Assembly (NCBI GenBank): GCA_964490135.1
Contig: CAZBBI010000001.1
Coordinates: 1-25,558 of the forward strand
Direction: 5' to 3'
DNA length: 25,558 nucleotides
From: an uncultured Candidatus Peribacteria bacterium
Lineage (GTDB): Bacteria > Patescibacteriota > Gracilibacteria > UBA4473
Part shown: piece by piece, positions 1 through 9,174 of the stretch
How positions within the stretch are numbered: position 1 is the first letter of the stretch
Layout: the number at the start of each line of letters is the position of its first letter
Made by a program: the position numbers and the translations under genes
Notes under the pieces: model-generated
Seen by the model: the letters and a program-made list of their open reading frames with translations, nothing else
Told to the model about the DNA's origin: nothing
Databases searched by the model: none

Positions 1-237
1 GTTTTGATTAAAAACAGTAGCTCCCTGAAAGGCACCACGTAAGGTCTCTGCACTACCAGTGTTCCATCCACCAATATCTTGATTAAAGGATGAAGCATTT
101 CTAAAAGTATTGGATAAATGTGTAACCTGGCTTACGTCCCAATTACCTATGTTTTGATTAAATAACGTAGCCCCATCAAAACCGGATAGCAGAAGGGTAA
201 GACTGCTCGTGTCCCAGCCACCAATATTTTTATTAAA
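1..237 (-). repeat. 25-aa DUF285 repeats (3 full copies plus a partial one)
   Basis: Translated by hand: FNKNIGGWDTSSLTLLLSGFDGATL / FNQNIGNWDVSQVTHLSNTFRNASS / FNQDIGGWNTGSAETLRGAFQGATV / FNQN. Confidence 0.85.
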
Positions 238-837
238 ATTAGAAGCACCATTAAATAAGTACCTCATATCTGTAACATTGATTGTATTCCAATTCCAATT
301 CCCGGTACCACCACCTAACGAAGTAGCGCCTCTAAATAAATTATAAAAAGAGGTAATAGCGGAAGGAGGTGTGTCAGTTGCATTTATAACTAAATTAGAA
401 CAACCATAAAAAGAGTTATCCAGTGCGGTCCAATTGGTTCCCCACTGTTAGACTGAAAGTATCTTATCTTTGTCTCCTGCATTGTTAAACACAACTTGTT
501 GGAAGGAACCTGTTATACGAATAGTATAAGTTCCAGCACTACCATAATTACAAGTATAACCAGAAGTCTCTCCAGTGGCTTCATATACACCATTATCATC
601 ACAATCCACATCATAATTAACGCCTAAGCCAACTATTGGTATCGTAAATTCAGTATCAGTAGAAGTCCCAGTATTATCTGTTTGTACAGTGAAAACAAAG
701 TCATCTACTGGGGCGGCAAAGACTGTGTCTACACTAAACACAAAAAATGCCATTAAGAAATATAATATTTTGCTTTTACCCAGTTTTAATTTCTCACGAA
801 ATTGGGTATTTTTAATGCTACGTAGATTGGACATCAT
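1..837 (-). pseudogene. BspA/DUF285-type leucine-rich-repeat surface protein with signal peptide; interrupted by one in-frame TAA at 448-450; runs off the window start
   Basis: The 129-aa ORF ...DKDKILSV is followed by TAA, then the same frame stays open to position 1: QWGTNWTALDNSFYGCSNL...FNKNIGGWDTS...FNQNIGNWDVS...FNQDIGGWNTG, typical DUF285 repeats. N-terminal hydrophobic segment ends TVFA. Confidence 0.8.
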
Positions 838-912
838 AGAAATGGGATTAAAAAATTTCGAAAATATATTAATGAAAGTCTAATAAATTACTAACTTATT
901 AAGCTAAATTTA

Positions 913-2046
913 TTAGGCTTTTAACTTAATGATTTTTTCCCAAGGCAAATCTAAATCATCCCGACCAAAGTGACCATAGGCAGCTGTTTGAGTATAAATT
1001 GGTCGTTTTAAATCAAGATAATCAATAATGGCTCGTGGCCTGAAATCAAATTGGTTTTGCAGTAATTTTGATATTTTTTCGTCAGATATTTTTCCTGTAC
1101 CAAAAGTTTCGACTAGTACGGAAGTAGGTTCTGCTACTCCAATAGCATAAGAAACTTGAATTTCGCATCTGTCAGCTAACTCATTTGAGACAACATTTTT
1201 GGCTAAGAATCTGGTAAAATAAGCCGCAGACCGATCAACTTTTGATGGATCTTTACCAGAAAAAGCTCCTCCTCCGTGTCGTGCAAACCCACCATATGTA
1301 TCAACAATAATTTTACGTCCAGTCAGTCCACAGTCTCCCATAGGACCTCCTATTACAAACTTCCCAGTTGGATTTATATGAAACTTAGTATTTTTGTCTA
1401 TCCATTTTTCACAAATAGGAATTATTACTTCTTTTCTTAAATCCTTGCAAAGTTGTTCGTGAGATACGTCTGGTGCGTGCTGAGAAGAAAGAACAATTGC
1501 TTCAATTCGGGTAGGAATACCATTTTCAAACTCAAATGAAACTTGTGACTTTCCGTCTGGTCGTAGATATTTAAGCGTTTTATTTTTTCTAACTTCTGTT
1601 AATTTTCGTGTTAATTTATGGGCTATTGAAATAGCAATTGGCATTTTTTCGGGAGTTTGATTTATGGCGAATCCAAACATCAACCCTTGGTCACCAGCGC
1701 CTTGTTCATGATTTTCTGATTGATTAACCCCCTGAGCAATATCGGGAGATTGTTCATCAATAGCAGTTAGTACTGCACAAGAATTTCCGTCAAAATTCAT
1801 ATCACCGTGATTATATCCAATATCAATGATTTTTTTCCGAGCAATTTTTTGAATATCAACGTAATCAGCACGACTCGTAATCTCACCAGAAACAACAACA
1901 AGTCCAGTATTTACAAGAACTTCGCAAGCCACACGAGAGTGTTTGTCTTTCGCCAAAAAAGCATCAAGCACACTGTCGGAGATTTGATCGGCGACCTTAT
2001 CTGGATGACCTTCTGTTACGGATTCGGAAGTGAAAAATGTTTTCAT
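913..2046 (-). CDS. metK: S-adenosylmethionine synthetase
   Basis: [19 protein letters not shown] and GGGAFSGKD signatures. Start moved to the ATG at 2046 (MKTFFTSES) because the track's upstream extension lies within the leader terminator. Confidence 0.97.
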   Translation of the reverse strand: MKTFFTSESVTEGHPDKVADQISDSVLDAFLAKDKHSRVACEVLVNTGLVVVSGEITSRADYVDIQKIARKKIIDIGYNHGDMNFDGNSCAVLTAIDEQSPDIAQGVNQSENHEQGAGDQGLMFGFAINQTPEKMPIAISIAHKLTRKLTEVRKNKTLKYLRPDGKSQVSFEFENGIPTRIEAIVLSSQHAPDVSHEQLCKDLRKEVIIPICEKWIDKNTKFHINPTGKFVIGGPMGDCGLTGRKIIVDTYGGFARHGGGAFSGKDPSKVDRSAAYFTRFLAKNVVSNELADRCEIQVSYAIGVAEPTSVLVETFGTGKISDEKISKLLQNQFDFRPRAIIDYLDLKRPIYTQTAAYGHFGRDDLDLPWEKIIKLKA

Positions 2047-2069
2047 GTTAACTGTAGAATTATTTAAAA

Positions 2070-2095
2070 TAAAAAAACTCGACAATTTATCGAGT
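2070..2095 (-). terminator. Intrinsic terminator in the metK leader (riboswitch expression platform)
   Basis: Minus strand ACTCGATA-AAT-TGTCGAGT followed by a T run, between the aptamer and the metK ATG. Confidence 0.8.
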
Positions 2096-2120
2096 GAATA
2101 ATTTTTCCTATATAAAGATA

Positions 2121-2210
2121 ATCATCCCGTATGAGTGGAGCACCTTCCTTCAGTTTGAAGCGGTTGCTGATGGTTCGTAGAGTCATACCTCTCCCCATCT
2201 CTAGATAAAT
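2121..2210 (-). promoter_or_regulatory. SAM-I (S-box) riboswitch aptamer, compact variant without P4
   Basis: Minus strand TTATC-TAGAG-ATGG..GAGAG GTATGA CTCT ACGA ACCATC-AGCAACC..AAGGTGCT..TCATAC GG-GATGA. P1, P2 with kink-turn-like motif, the P3 AGCAACC/GGTGCT core and the pseudoknot all pair. Directly upstream of metK. Confidence 0.92.
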
Positions 2211-2218
2211 CTATGTTT

Positions 2219-2247
2219 AATGTACTCTGAAATAAGTTAGGAGTAAA
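2219..2247 (-). promoter_or_regulatory. Putative sigma70 promoter for riboswitch-metK
   Basis: TTTACT-N17-TACATT on the minus strand, ending a few nt before riboswitch P1. Confidence 0.5.
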
Positions 2248-2293
2248 ATCTTTTTTTGGACAGAAATTTATATTCAGTTAAGGTTCGAGCAAA

Positions 2294-3166
2294 ATGTTTT
2301 GGATATTAGCGTTGATTTCGATGTTGGGGTACACAATTCAAGGGACCTTGATGGCTCATTTTATCCGCAAAATTGATCCGTTGTCTATTGGGTTTTATCG
2401 GAGTATTACCTTTTTTATCTCCCTGCTACCACTTCTTTTCTTGGTTGATGTTTCAGAAATTATCGCCATCAAAGATTTTTGGTTTGAAATTTCGATTGCG
2501 GCTTTATTAGGAGCAGCCGCTCAGTGGGCAAGTTTTTGGACTATTAGGTTTTTCTCAGTTGGGATTGCTAGTGCGATCAAGATGGGACTTTTTGTGATTT
2601 TTTCGATTACTCTTGGTGTTTTGTTTTCAGATGAATTTTTAACTCAGGCTCAAGTGTTAGCGGTTATTTTGATTTTGGTTGGAGCAACTGCTTTGGGGAT
2701 TCGAAAAGAAAAAATGCCACACCTTAAACCAGTTGGGTTTTTAGAAGGATTATTGTTTCTTGTCTCAACAAGTATTTTGCTTTCTGTTTCAGTCTTTTTT
2801 GTGGCCAAAGTTTCACGGGAACTTAGTCCTTGGGTATCTGGTTATTTTTGGGAAACAGGGATTGCTGTATTTGCAGGGATTTTCCTTTTATTCCGAAAAA
2901 TATTCACAGGAAAGTCTATCGAAAGAATTTCATTAAAAACCTTTGGAAAGATTTTTTTAACAGCTTGGCCTACTTTACTCGGAACTGGTGGATTTACATT
3001 AGCAGTTAAATACGGACCAGTGGGACTTGTAAACGCAATTAGTGTTTCAGGTATTTTGTTATCGGTAGTTTTGGCTCATTTCTTGTATGGAGAAAAACTA
3101 AAACCAGTCCATTGGAGTCTTATTGGAATAATTATAATAGGAGTAGTAGCGTTGAAGATTTCTTAA
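2294..3166 (+). CDS. DMT/EamA-family transporter
   Basis: 290 aa, about 10 hydrophobic segments in two repeats; C-terminal AHFLYGEKL motif typical of EamA. Confidence 0.85.
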   Translation: MFWILALISMLGYTIQGTLMAHFIRKIDPLSIGFYRSITFFISLLPLLFLVDVSEIIAIKDFWFEISIAALLGAAAQWASFWTIRFFSVGIASAIKMGLFVIFSITLGVLFSDEFLTQAQVLAVILILVGATALGIRKEKMPHLKPVGFLEGLLFLVSTSILLSVSVFFVAKVSRELSPWVSGYFWETGIAVFAGIFLLFRKIFTGKSIERISLKTFGKIFLTAWPTLLGTGGFTLAVKYGPVGLVNAISVSGILLSVVLAHFLYGEKLKPVHWSLIGIIIIGVVALKIS

Positions 3167-3175
3167 ATTAAAAAT

Positions 3176-4111
3176 TTATAATTTATAAAACTTCTGCCCC
3201 CACTTGATAGCTTTTTCAAGTCCATCATTTAGATTAGTTTCAGGTTTCCATCCAGAAATTTTTTGAAATTTTTTGCTATCAAGACAACTGCGTAAAAGTT
3301 CACCAGGAAGGAGTTTTCCGGTATCTGGTTTATTTGAGATTTTTAATTTTTCTACAATTTTTTCGTATAAATCCTTGATAGAAGTTTCTATCCCGGTTCC
3401 AAGATGGAAACAGCCAGAAATATTTTTTTCTGTAGCAGCAAAATGTGCGCTAGCAACATCTTCTACAAAAATGAAATCTCGAGTTTGTTCACCTTTTCCA
3501 AACAAAATAATTGGTTCGTTTTCTAGTAAATTTTTTATAAAAATAGAAACTACGCCTGCCTCGCTTTTTGGCGTTTGGTGCGGTCCGTAAACGTTTGCGT
3601 AACGAAAAACAGTTTTTCCGTATCCATATTTTTTTGCAAAAAAGCCTAAATAATGTTCTCCTGAGAATTTCGAGATTTTATAAGGAAGATTTAGTGTTGG
3701 GGTTTGTGTTTCAACCGTGGGAAGTTCGTAATCTTCCTGATTTATTAGCCCAGCCGTTGAAGCAAAAACTACGTGGGTTACGTTGTTTTTTCCAGCATTT
3801 TCAAAAATATTTATAGATCCTAAAATATTTTGTTCGGCATCAAAAACAGGTTTACTAATAGAATCTCGGACAGAAATATGAGCAGCGTGATGTGAAACAA
3901 TATCTGGGTCGAACTCTGAAAAAACTTTTTCTACAAAAGATTTATCTTCGATATTCCCTTCAAATATTTTTATATTTTTATCCAAAAAAGTTTGTTGTCC
4001 ACTCGAAAAATTATCCAAAACAGCGACCTCAAAACCTTCTTTATTGTATTTTTTCGCAATATTAGAGCCGATAAATCCGGCTCCACCAGTAATAAGGATT
4101 TTCTTTTTCAT
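3176..4111 (-). CDS. NAD-dependent epimerase/dehydratase (UDP-glucose 4-epimerase-like, extended SDR)
   Basis: GGAGFIG Rossmann motif, YKISK (YxxxK), RYANVYGP, RDFIFVED; start moved to the ATG at 4111 (MKKKILITG). Confidence 0.9.
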   Translation of the reverse strand: MKKKILITGGAGFIGSNIAKKYNKEGFEVAVLDNFSSGQQTFLDKNIKIFEGNIEDKSFVEKVFSEFDPDIVSHHAAHISVRDSISKPVFDAEQNILGSINIFENAGKNNVTHVVFASTAGLINQEDYELPTVETQTPTLNLPYKISKFSGEHYLGFFAKKYGYGKTVFRYANVYGPHQTPKSEAGVVSIFIKNLLENEPIILFGKGEQTRDFIFVEDVASAHFAATEKNISGCFHLGTGIETSIKDLYEKIVEKLKISNKPDTGKLLPGELLRSCLDSKKFQKISGWKPETNLNDGLEKAIKWGQKFYKL

Positions 4112-4160
4112 TACTCTGATTGTAATGATTTTGTCTAAAAGTAAACTGAAAACATATTCC

Positions 4161-4880
4161 ATGAAACAAGAAATAACAAAACACTTTAGGCGATTTGAGG
4201 TAAAATACCTTATTCCAGAGAATTATGCTGATAAAATCATTCCATCAGTATTAGAAAACATGGAATGGGACGAATATGCCAAAGAAGAACAGTATTATAA
4301 ATGTTATTCCTTGTATACAGACGGACCAGGTCTTAATTCTTATAAAGCAGTAATTAATGGTGATTTATTTAGAAAAAAACTTCGTTTTCGTCTTTATGAC
4401 AAAAACGGGGAATTTGGTTTTTTGGAGATAAAAAGGAAAAAACATGGAGTTATAATAAAAGATAGAGAACGTTTGAGTGTGGATGATTTTAAAGGTTTTT
4501 TAAAAGACCCCATGTCCCTAAAGGTACAGAATTGGGACAAGGATTTCATCGAAGAAGCTATTGCTTGGCATTGGGAAAACAAACTAGAAGCAAATGTTTG
4601 GGTTGGTTGTAAGCGAAAACCTTTTACCCATTCTCTAAATTCTCAGTTTCGCGTTACATTTGATTATGATTTGGTTTTTTCAGAAATTGAAGCAGATGGA
4701 TATTCATCTATAAATGAACAAAAGAAATATGAGAAAAAAGTTATAATGGAGGCAAAATTTATAGAAAAAATGCCACTTTGGTTTAAAAATATAATAGATA
4801 TCTATAAACTAGAATCATCTGGTTTTTCTAAGTATTGTACTGGTATAGAAACACTTAATTTACAACAAAAAAATGTTTAA
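4161..4880 (+). CDS. VTC/polyphosphate polymerase (CYTH-like) domain protein
   Basis: RFEVKY (ExK), RKKLRFRLY, FLEIKRK, FRVTFD, IMEAKF, SKYC motifs; likely start ATG 4161 (MKQEITKH). Confidence 0.85.
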   Translation: MKQEITKHFRRFEVKYLIPENYADKIIPSVLENMEWDEYAKEEQYYKCYSLYTDGPGLNSYKAVINGDLFRKKLRFRLYDKNGEFGFLEIKRKKHGVIIKDRERLSVDDFKGFLKDPMSLKVQNWDKDFIEEAIAWHWENKLEANVWVGCKRKPFTHSLNSQFRVTFDYDLVFSEIEADGYSSINEQKKYEKKVIMEAKFIEKMPLWFKNIIDIYKLESSGFSKYCTGIETLNLQQKNV

Positions 4881-5550
4881 TTTAGAAGAAATTGTCGATT
4901 TGACGCTTAGTCCTCAGCAAATACTACTTGTTTTGTTTACTTCAGCTTTGGCGGGGTTTTTCATAGCTCTTGTTTACAAAAAAACACATAGAAACCTTTC
5001 CTATTCAGCGTCCTTCACGAGTACATTATTATTAGTTACAATTATTACAGCAGTTGTTTTGCTTGTTATTGGAGGAAACGTTGCCCGAGCAATTGGTATC
5101 TTTGGAGCATTTTCTGTAATTCGGTTTCGAACTTCTATCAGAGATCCACGTGATTTAGTTTTTATTTTTATGGCGTTGGTTTCGGGATTTGCAATTGGCG
5201 CCGGGGCGATATGGGTAGCTGCTTTTTCTATTCCATTTTTGCTGATTTTAGTTTTGATAATTTATCACACTGGATTTGGGGAACTACCAAAATTTGATTA
5301 TATATTGCACTGTAAGACAGATACAAAGACATACAAAGAAGATAATTTTGCTCAATTTTTGAAAAAATCTTTTCGTGAACATCAACTCTTAAATGTAGAA
5401 TCTCGGGAAAAAGGAAAAGTTCTGATTCTGAATTTCAACATTAGGCTTAAACCGAAAAACTCAATTGATAAAGTACTCAAAAACTTACACCAACACCCAG
5501 GAGTACTGGAAGCTTACGCCGTCAGATCCAAAAACGATTTAGATTTCTAA
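4873..5550 (+). CDS. DUF4956 family membrane protein
   Basis: IGGNVARAIGIFGAFSVIRFRTSIRDPRD is the DUF4956 signature; overlaps the stop of the VTC gene, its usual partner. Confidence 0.85.
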   Translation: MFNLEEIVDLTLSPQQILLVLFTSALAGFFIALVYKKTHRNLSYSASFTSTLLLVTIITAVVLLVIGGNVARAIGIFGAFSVIRFRTSIRDPRDLVFIFMALVSGFAIGAGAIWVAAFSIPFLLILVLIIYHTGFGELPKFDYILHCKTDTKTYKEDNFAQFLKKSFREHQLLNVESREKGKVLILNFNIRLKPKNSIDKVLKNLHQHPGVLEAYAVRSKNDLDF

Positions 5551-5564
5551 AAAATATTTCAAAC

Positions 5565-6584
5565 ATGAAACCCATTAACATTAACATTCCGGCAGAAAAA
5601 ACTCAGTATGATATTGATTTTTTAAATGAGTTTTCGGAGCTTGAAAAATCTTTGATGGCTCAGATTGGGGATCGTCAATATTTAATGATAACTGATGAAA
5701 ATGTTCTGGAAAAAAGCCCGTTTTTTACAGAAAATTTAAAAAGATTTGGAGATAATTTATTAGTTTTGCCAGCAGGAGAAGAACAAAAAACTTGGGATAC
5801 AGCGAAAAAAATATTGGATAAAGCGTTTGAGCTGAACCTTGATCGACAGGCGGTTTTGGTTGCTGTTGGGGGAGGTGTTTATGGAGATTTGGTTGGATTT
5901 GGGGCTTCTGTTTTTATGAGAGGAATACCTTTTATTCAAGTACCAACCACACTTTTGGCAATGGTAGATAGTTCTGTGGGAGGGAAAACAGGATTTGATT
6001 GTGAACATGGGAAAAATCTTATTGGTTCATTTCATCAGCCAGAAAAGGTGCTTTGTTGTCCAACATTTTTGGAAACTCTTCCTGAAGTTGAGGTAAAAAA
6101 TGGACTTTGTGAAATGATAAAACACGGGATTATTACTTCTCCTGATCATTTTTCAAACTTGCGAAAAGTAGAAGGACTGGATTTAAAAACTATTTCAAAA
6201 TTAATTCCAGATTCAATAAATATTAAAAAAGAAATCGTAGAAAAAGACGAAAAAGAAGCAGGAATTCGTGGTTATCTAAACTTAGGACATACTTTTGGTC
6301 ATGCGATTGAACATCTTTCTAATTTTAAAATCCCACATGGTCAGGCGGTAGCGATCGGATGTGTGATGGCGGCACAATTTGCTGCAGAAAAAGGTATTTG
6401 TGATTGGGATTTAGTTGATCAGATTGAGGATATCTTTAATCATTTTGAAATCGAACTTGAATGTGATTTTGAGGAAGCCTCAATTTTTGGAGCGATGACT
6501 CATGATAAAAAGAAAAAAGGAGGGAAAATTCGTTTGATTCTACCGCATAAAATTGGAAAAGTTGATTATTTTGATTTGGATTAA
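5565..6584 (+). CDS. aroB: 3-dehydroquinate synthase
   Basis: GGGVYGDLVGF, PTTLLAMVDSSVGGKTG, LNLGHTFGHAIE, HGQAV motifs. Confidence 0.95.
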   Translation: MKPININIPAEKTQYDIDFLNEFSELEKSLMAQIGDRQYLMITDENVLEKSPFFTENLKRFGDNLLVLPAGEEQKTWDTAKKILDKAFELNLDRQAVLVAVGGGVYGDLVGFGASVFMRGIPFIQVPTTLLAMVDSSVGGKTGFDCEHGKNLIGSFHQPEKVLCCPTFLETLPEVEVKNGLCEMIKHGIITSPDHFSNLRKVEGLDLKTISKLIPDSINIKKEIVEKDEKEAGIRGYLNLGHTFGHAIEHLSNFKIPHGQAVAIGCVMAAQFAAEKGICDWDLVDQIEDIFNHFEIELECDFEEASIFGAMTHDKKKKGGKIRLILPHKIGKVDYFDLD

Positions 6585-6620
6585 TTAGTAATTTATCCGA
6601 CATTCCTTAAAATTTGAGTA

Positions 6621-7955
6621 ATGGGAAAAAAATTTAACACATCGACGCCGTCTGGGTTTCCAGAATTTTCACCTGCTGAAGAACGAGTTAGACAGCAATG
6701 GATAGGAGTTATTGCTGAAACTTTTAGCTCTTATGGATTTGCTCCAATAACTACGCCTCTTGTGGAACGAGAAGAAAATTTACTTGGAAAGGGTGGTAAT
6801 CCAAAAGAAATCTATGCACTCAAACGAGTGATGGATGGTGATGGAGATAGTTCTCATTCGGGGAATACTTTGCGGTTTGATCACACGGTTCCGTTGGCTC
6901 TTTATGTGGCACGACACCAAAACGAACTAACTTTTCCTTTTAAGAGATATGCGATAGGTCCAGTTTTTCGGGGGGAGCGAGCACAAAAAGGACGGTTCCG
7001 GCAATTTGATCAATGTGATATTGATATTATTGGGATGGAAAATCTTTCGGTGGCAAATGACGGACTTATGCCGGCGATTATTATAGAAATTTTTAAAAAA
7101 TTATTACCAAATAATGAGTTTGTTGTTCGGATAAATAATCGGAAAATTTTGTTGGGATTTTTTGCTGATTTAGGCGTGTCAGCAGATGAAGCAAAAAAAG
7201 TTTTAGATATAGTTGATGATCTAGAAAAACTACCAAAAGAAAAAATAGTTGAGCAATTATTAGAAGTTGGAATTGACGGAGAAAATATAGATAAATTATT
7301 TGATTTTATAAATATCAAAGGAAGTAATGATGAAGTTGTGACAAAGCTCAAAGAGATAGGGGGTTGTGAGAGTTTTTGCGAAGGTGTTGCAGAACTTGAA
7401 GAGGTGGTTTCAACACTTAACAACATGTCTGTTAACGAAAATAATTTTGTTATAGATTTGCGGATTGCGCGAGGTCTTGATTACTATACTGGTACAGTCT
7501 ATGAGACAACTTTAATAGGTCATGAAGGGTTGGGGTCAATTTGTTCGGGAGGACGATATGAAGATTTGGCTTCTGTTTTTACTAATAAAAAAATGCCTGG
7601 AGTTGGAATTTCTATTGGACTTACGAGGCTACTTAGTCAGTTGCTAGAGCTGGATATCTTAGATGATGCAATGGTGTCGCATTTAGATATTTTATTTGTT
7701 CCGGCTGATGAGAACCAAGCTGGAAAATGTCTTGAACTAGCTTCAAAACTAAGAAAAGCAGGACATAAAACGGATGTTTATCTTGAAAAAAAGAAGCTAA
7801 AAAAGAAACTTGATTATGCAGATAAAATTAAAGTGCAATACGTTTGCATTATCGGCGAGAACGAGCTGGCAGACAGAGTTGTGCAAATTAAGAATATGAA
7901 AACAGGAGAAAAAGAAAATGTGAAAGACTCAGATGTTTTGGCATTTTTTGAATAA
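6621..7955 (+). CDS. hisS: Histidine--tRNA ligase
   Basis: LRFDHTVP, FRGERAQKGRFRQFDQ, RGLDYYTG, GGRYEDL motifs and C-terminal anticodon-binding domain. Confidence 0.97.
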   Translation: MGKKFNTSTPSGFPEFSPAEERVRQQWIGVIAETFSSYGFAPITTPLVEREENLLGKGGNPKEIYALKRVMDGDGDSSHSGNTLRFDHTVPLALYVARHQNELTFPFKRYAIGPVFRGERAQKGRFRQFDQCDIDIIGMENLSVANDGLMPAIIIEIFKKLLPNNEFVVRINNRKILLGFFADLGVSADEAKKVLDIVDDLEKLPKEKIVEQLLEVGIDGENIDKLFDFINIKGSNDEVVTKLKEIGGCESFCEGVAELEEVVSTLNNMSVNENNFVIDLRIARGLDYYTGTVYETTLIGHEGLGSICSGGRYEDLASVFTNKKMPGVGISIGLTRLLSQLLELDILDDAMVSHLDILFVPADENQAGKCLELASKLRKAGHKTDVYLEKKKLKKKLDYADKIKVQYVCIIGENELADRVVQIKNMKTGEKENVKDSDVLAFFE

Positions 7956-7991
7956 AAGATTGTTTTTTGTTTGTTATTCCTGTATGGTTAT

Positions 7992-8010
7992 GCGTACCTA
8001 AATACGTACA
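7992..8010 (+). promoter_or_regulatory. Putative YefM operator: two GTAC palindromic cores 12 bp apart
   Basis: GCGTACC (GTAC at 7994-7997) and ACGTACA (GTAC at 8006-8009), just upstream of the antitoxin ATG; same spacing as the TGTACA-core repeats of the E. coli yefM-yoeB operator. Confidence 0.6.
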
Positions 8011-8014
8011 AATA

Positions 8015-8266
8015 ATGACAATAGTTTCTGCAACCGATTTTCGAAAAAATATGTCGGAATATATTCAGCAAACGAGGGATCGTCGACAACCAATAACTAT
8101 TACAACACAAAAACAGGAAGCAATGGTTATGCTACCCCTAAAACAATGGGAAAGTTTTCAAGAGACTCTTTATTTGATGTCGTCGCCAGCGAATAAATCT
8201 AGGTTAGATACTGCTATTTCTGATATAAGAGCAGGGCGATTTAGTACTCATAATTTAGATATATAA
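8015..8266 (+). CDS. yefM: Phd/YefM family antitoxin
   Basis: MTIVSATDFRKNM..., ESFQETLYLMSSPANKSRL matches the YefM C-terminal motif; adjacent to a YoeB toxin; start moved to ATG 8015. Confidence 0.9.
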   Translation: MTIVSATDFRKNMSEYIQQTRDRRQPITITTQKQEAMVMLPLKQWESFQETLYLMSSPANKSRLDTAISDIRAGRFSTHNLDI

Positions 8267-8267
8267 A

Positions 8268-8525
8268 ATGATTATAGCTTTTCATAGTAGAGCTTGGGAA
8301 GACTATTGTCATTGGCAAAAGTATGATAAAAAAATCCTCAAAAGAATTGGACAGCTTTTGAAAGACATAAAAAGAAGTCCATTTTCGGGAAAAGGAAAAC
8401 CAGAACTGTTAAAGTATAATTATAGTGGATTTTATTCTAGAAGAATTACAGAAGAGCATCGATTAATATATACAATTAAAGAGGATACTATTATTATTGC
8501 ACAATGTCGTTTTCATTATGAATAA
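8268..8525 (+). CDS. yoeB: Txe/YoeB family mRNA interferase toxin
   Basis: AWEDYCHWQ, PFSGKGKPELLK, YSRRITEEHRLIY, CRFHY. Confidence 0.93.
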   Translation: MIIAFHSRAWEDYCHWQKYDKKILKRIGQLLKDIKRSPFSGKGKPELLKYNYSGFYSRRITEEHRLIYTIKEDTIIIAQCRFHYE

Positions 8526-9174
8526 CTATAAAATTCGTCGAAGTTCTCGAGCAAAAAAAATAAAACTAGTAGCAAAACCCGAAGGGATAGAGTTAGTTTT
8601 GCCACAATTTGTTCCTGAAATTATGGGGAAAGCTTTTGCGTCTTTACATAAAGATTGGATAGAGAAGCATTCTAAAAAATCAAAAAATGCTTTGCCGTCA
8701 ATTCCAGTAGAAGATGGAGCGGCTGTTTTTTTTATGGGAGAAGCTAAGTTTCGATTGCAAATAAAGGAAACAAATAAAAAATCTTATTATGAAAAAAGGT
8801 CAGAAGACTTAGTTATTTATTTAAAGACAAAAAATAAAAAAGAAATTTTGGATTTAATAGAAAAATTTTACAGAGAAGAAGCCAAAAGATATCTTCAAGA
8901 AAGAACAGAATCTTTTTCTAAAAAGCTAGATACTTCCTTTGGGAGAATAACTATTCGTGGGCAAAGTACTCGGTGGGGGAGTTGCAGTTCCAAAGGTAAT
9001 TTAAGTTACAATTGGAAAATTATGAAGGAGCCGTGTGACGTGATAGACTATCTTGTGATTCATGAGCTTTGTCATCGATTAGAAATGAATCATTCTAAGA
9101 AATTCTGGAAATTAGTTGAAAGTCTTGATCCTGATTATAAAATTCATAGAAAAGCATTAAATGGAAAATATTAA
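8518..9174 (+). CDS. YgjP-like M48/DUF45 (SprT-like) zinc metallohydrolase
   Basis: QSTRWGSCS, IDYLVIHELCH, MNHSKKFW; likely start ATG 8518, overlapping the yoeB stop. Confidence 0.88.
   Translation: MNNYKIRRSSRAKKIKLVAKPEGIELVLPQFVPEIMGKAFASLHKDWIEKHSKKSKNALPSIPVEDGAAVFFMGEAKFRLQIKETNKKSYYEKRSEDLVIYLKTKNKKEILDLIEKFYREEAKRYLQERTESFSKKLDTSFGRITIRGQSTRWGSCSSKGNLSYNWKIMKEPCDVIDYLVIHELCHRLEMNHSKKFWKLVESLDPDYKIHRKALNGKY

Noticed and set aside
881-915. TAATAAATT/AATTTATTA inverted repeat after metK
   Set aside because: A/T-only stem with a long loop; expected by chance at this base composition
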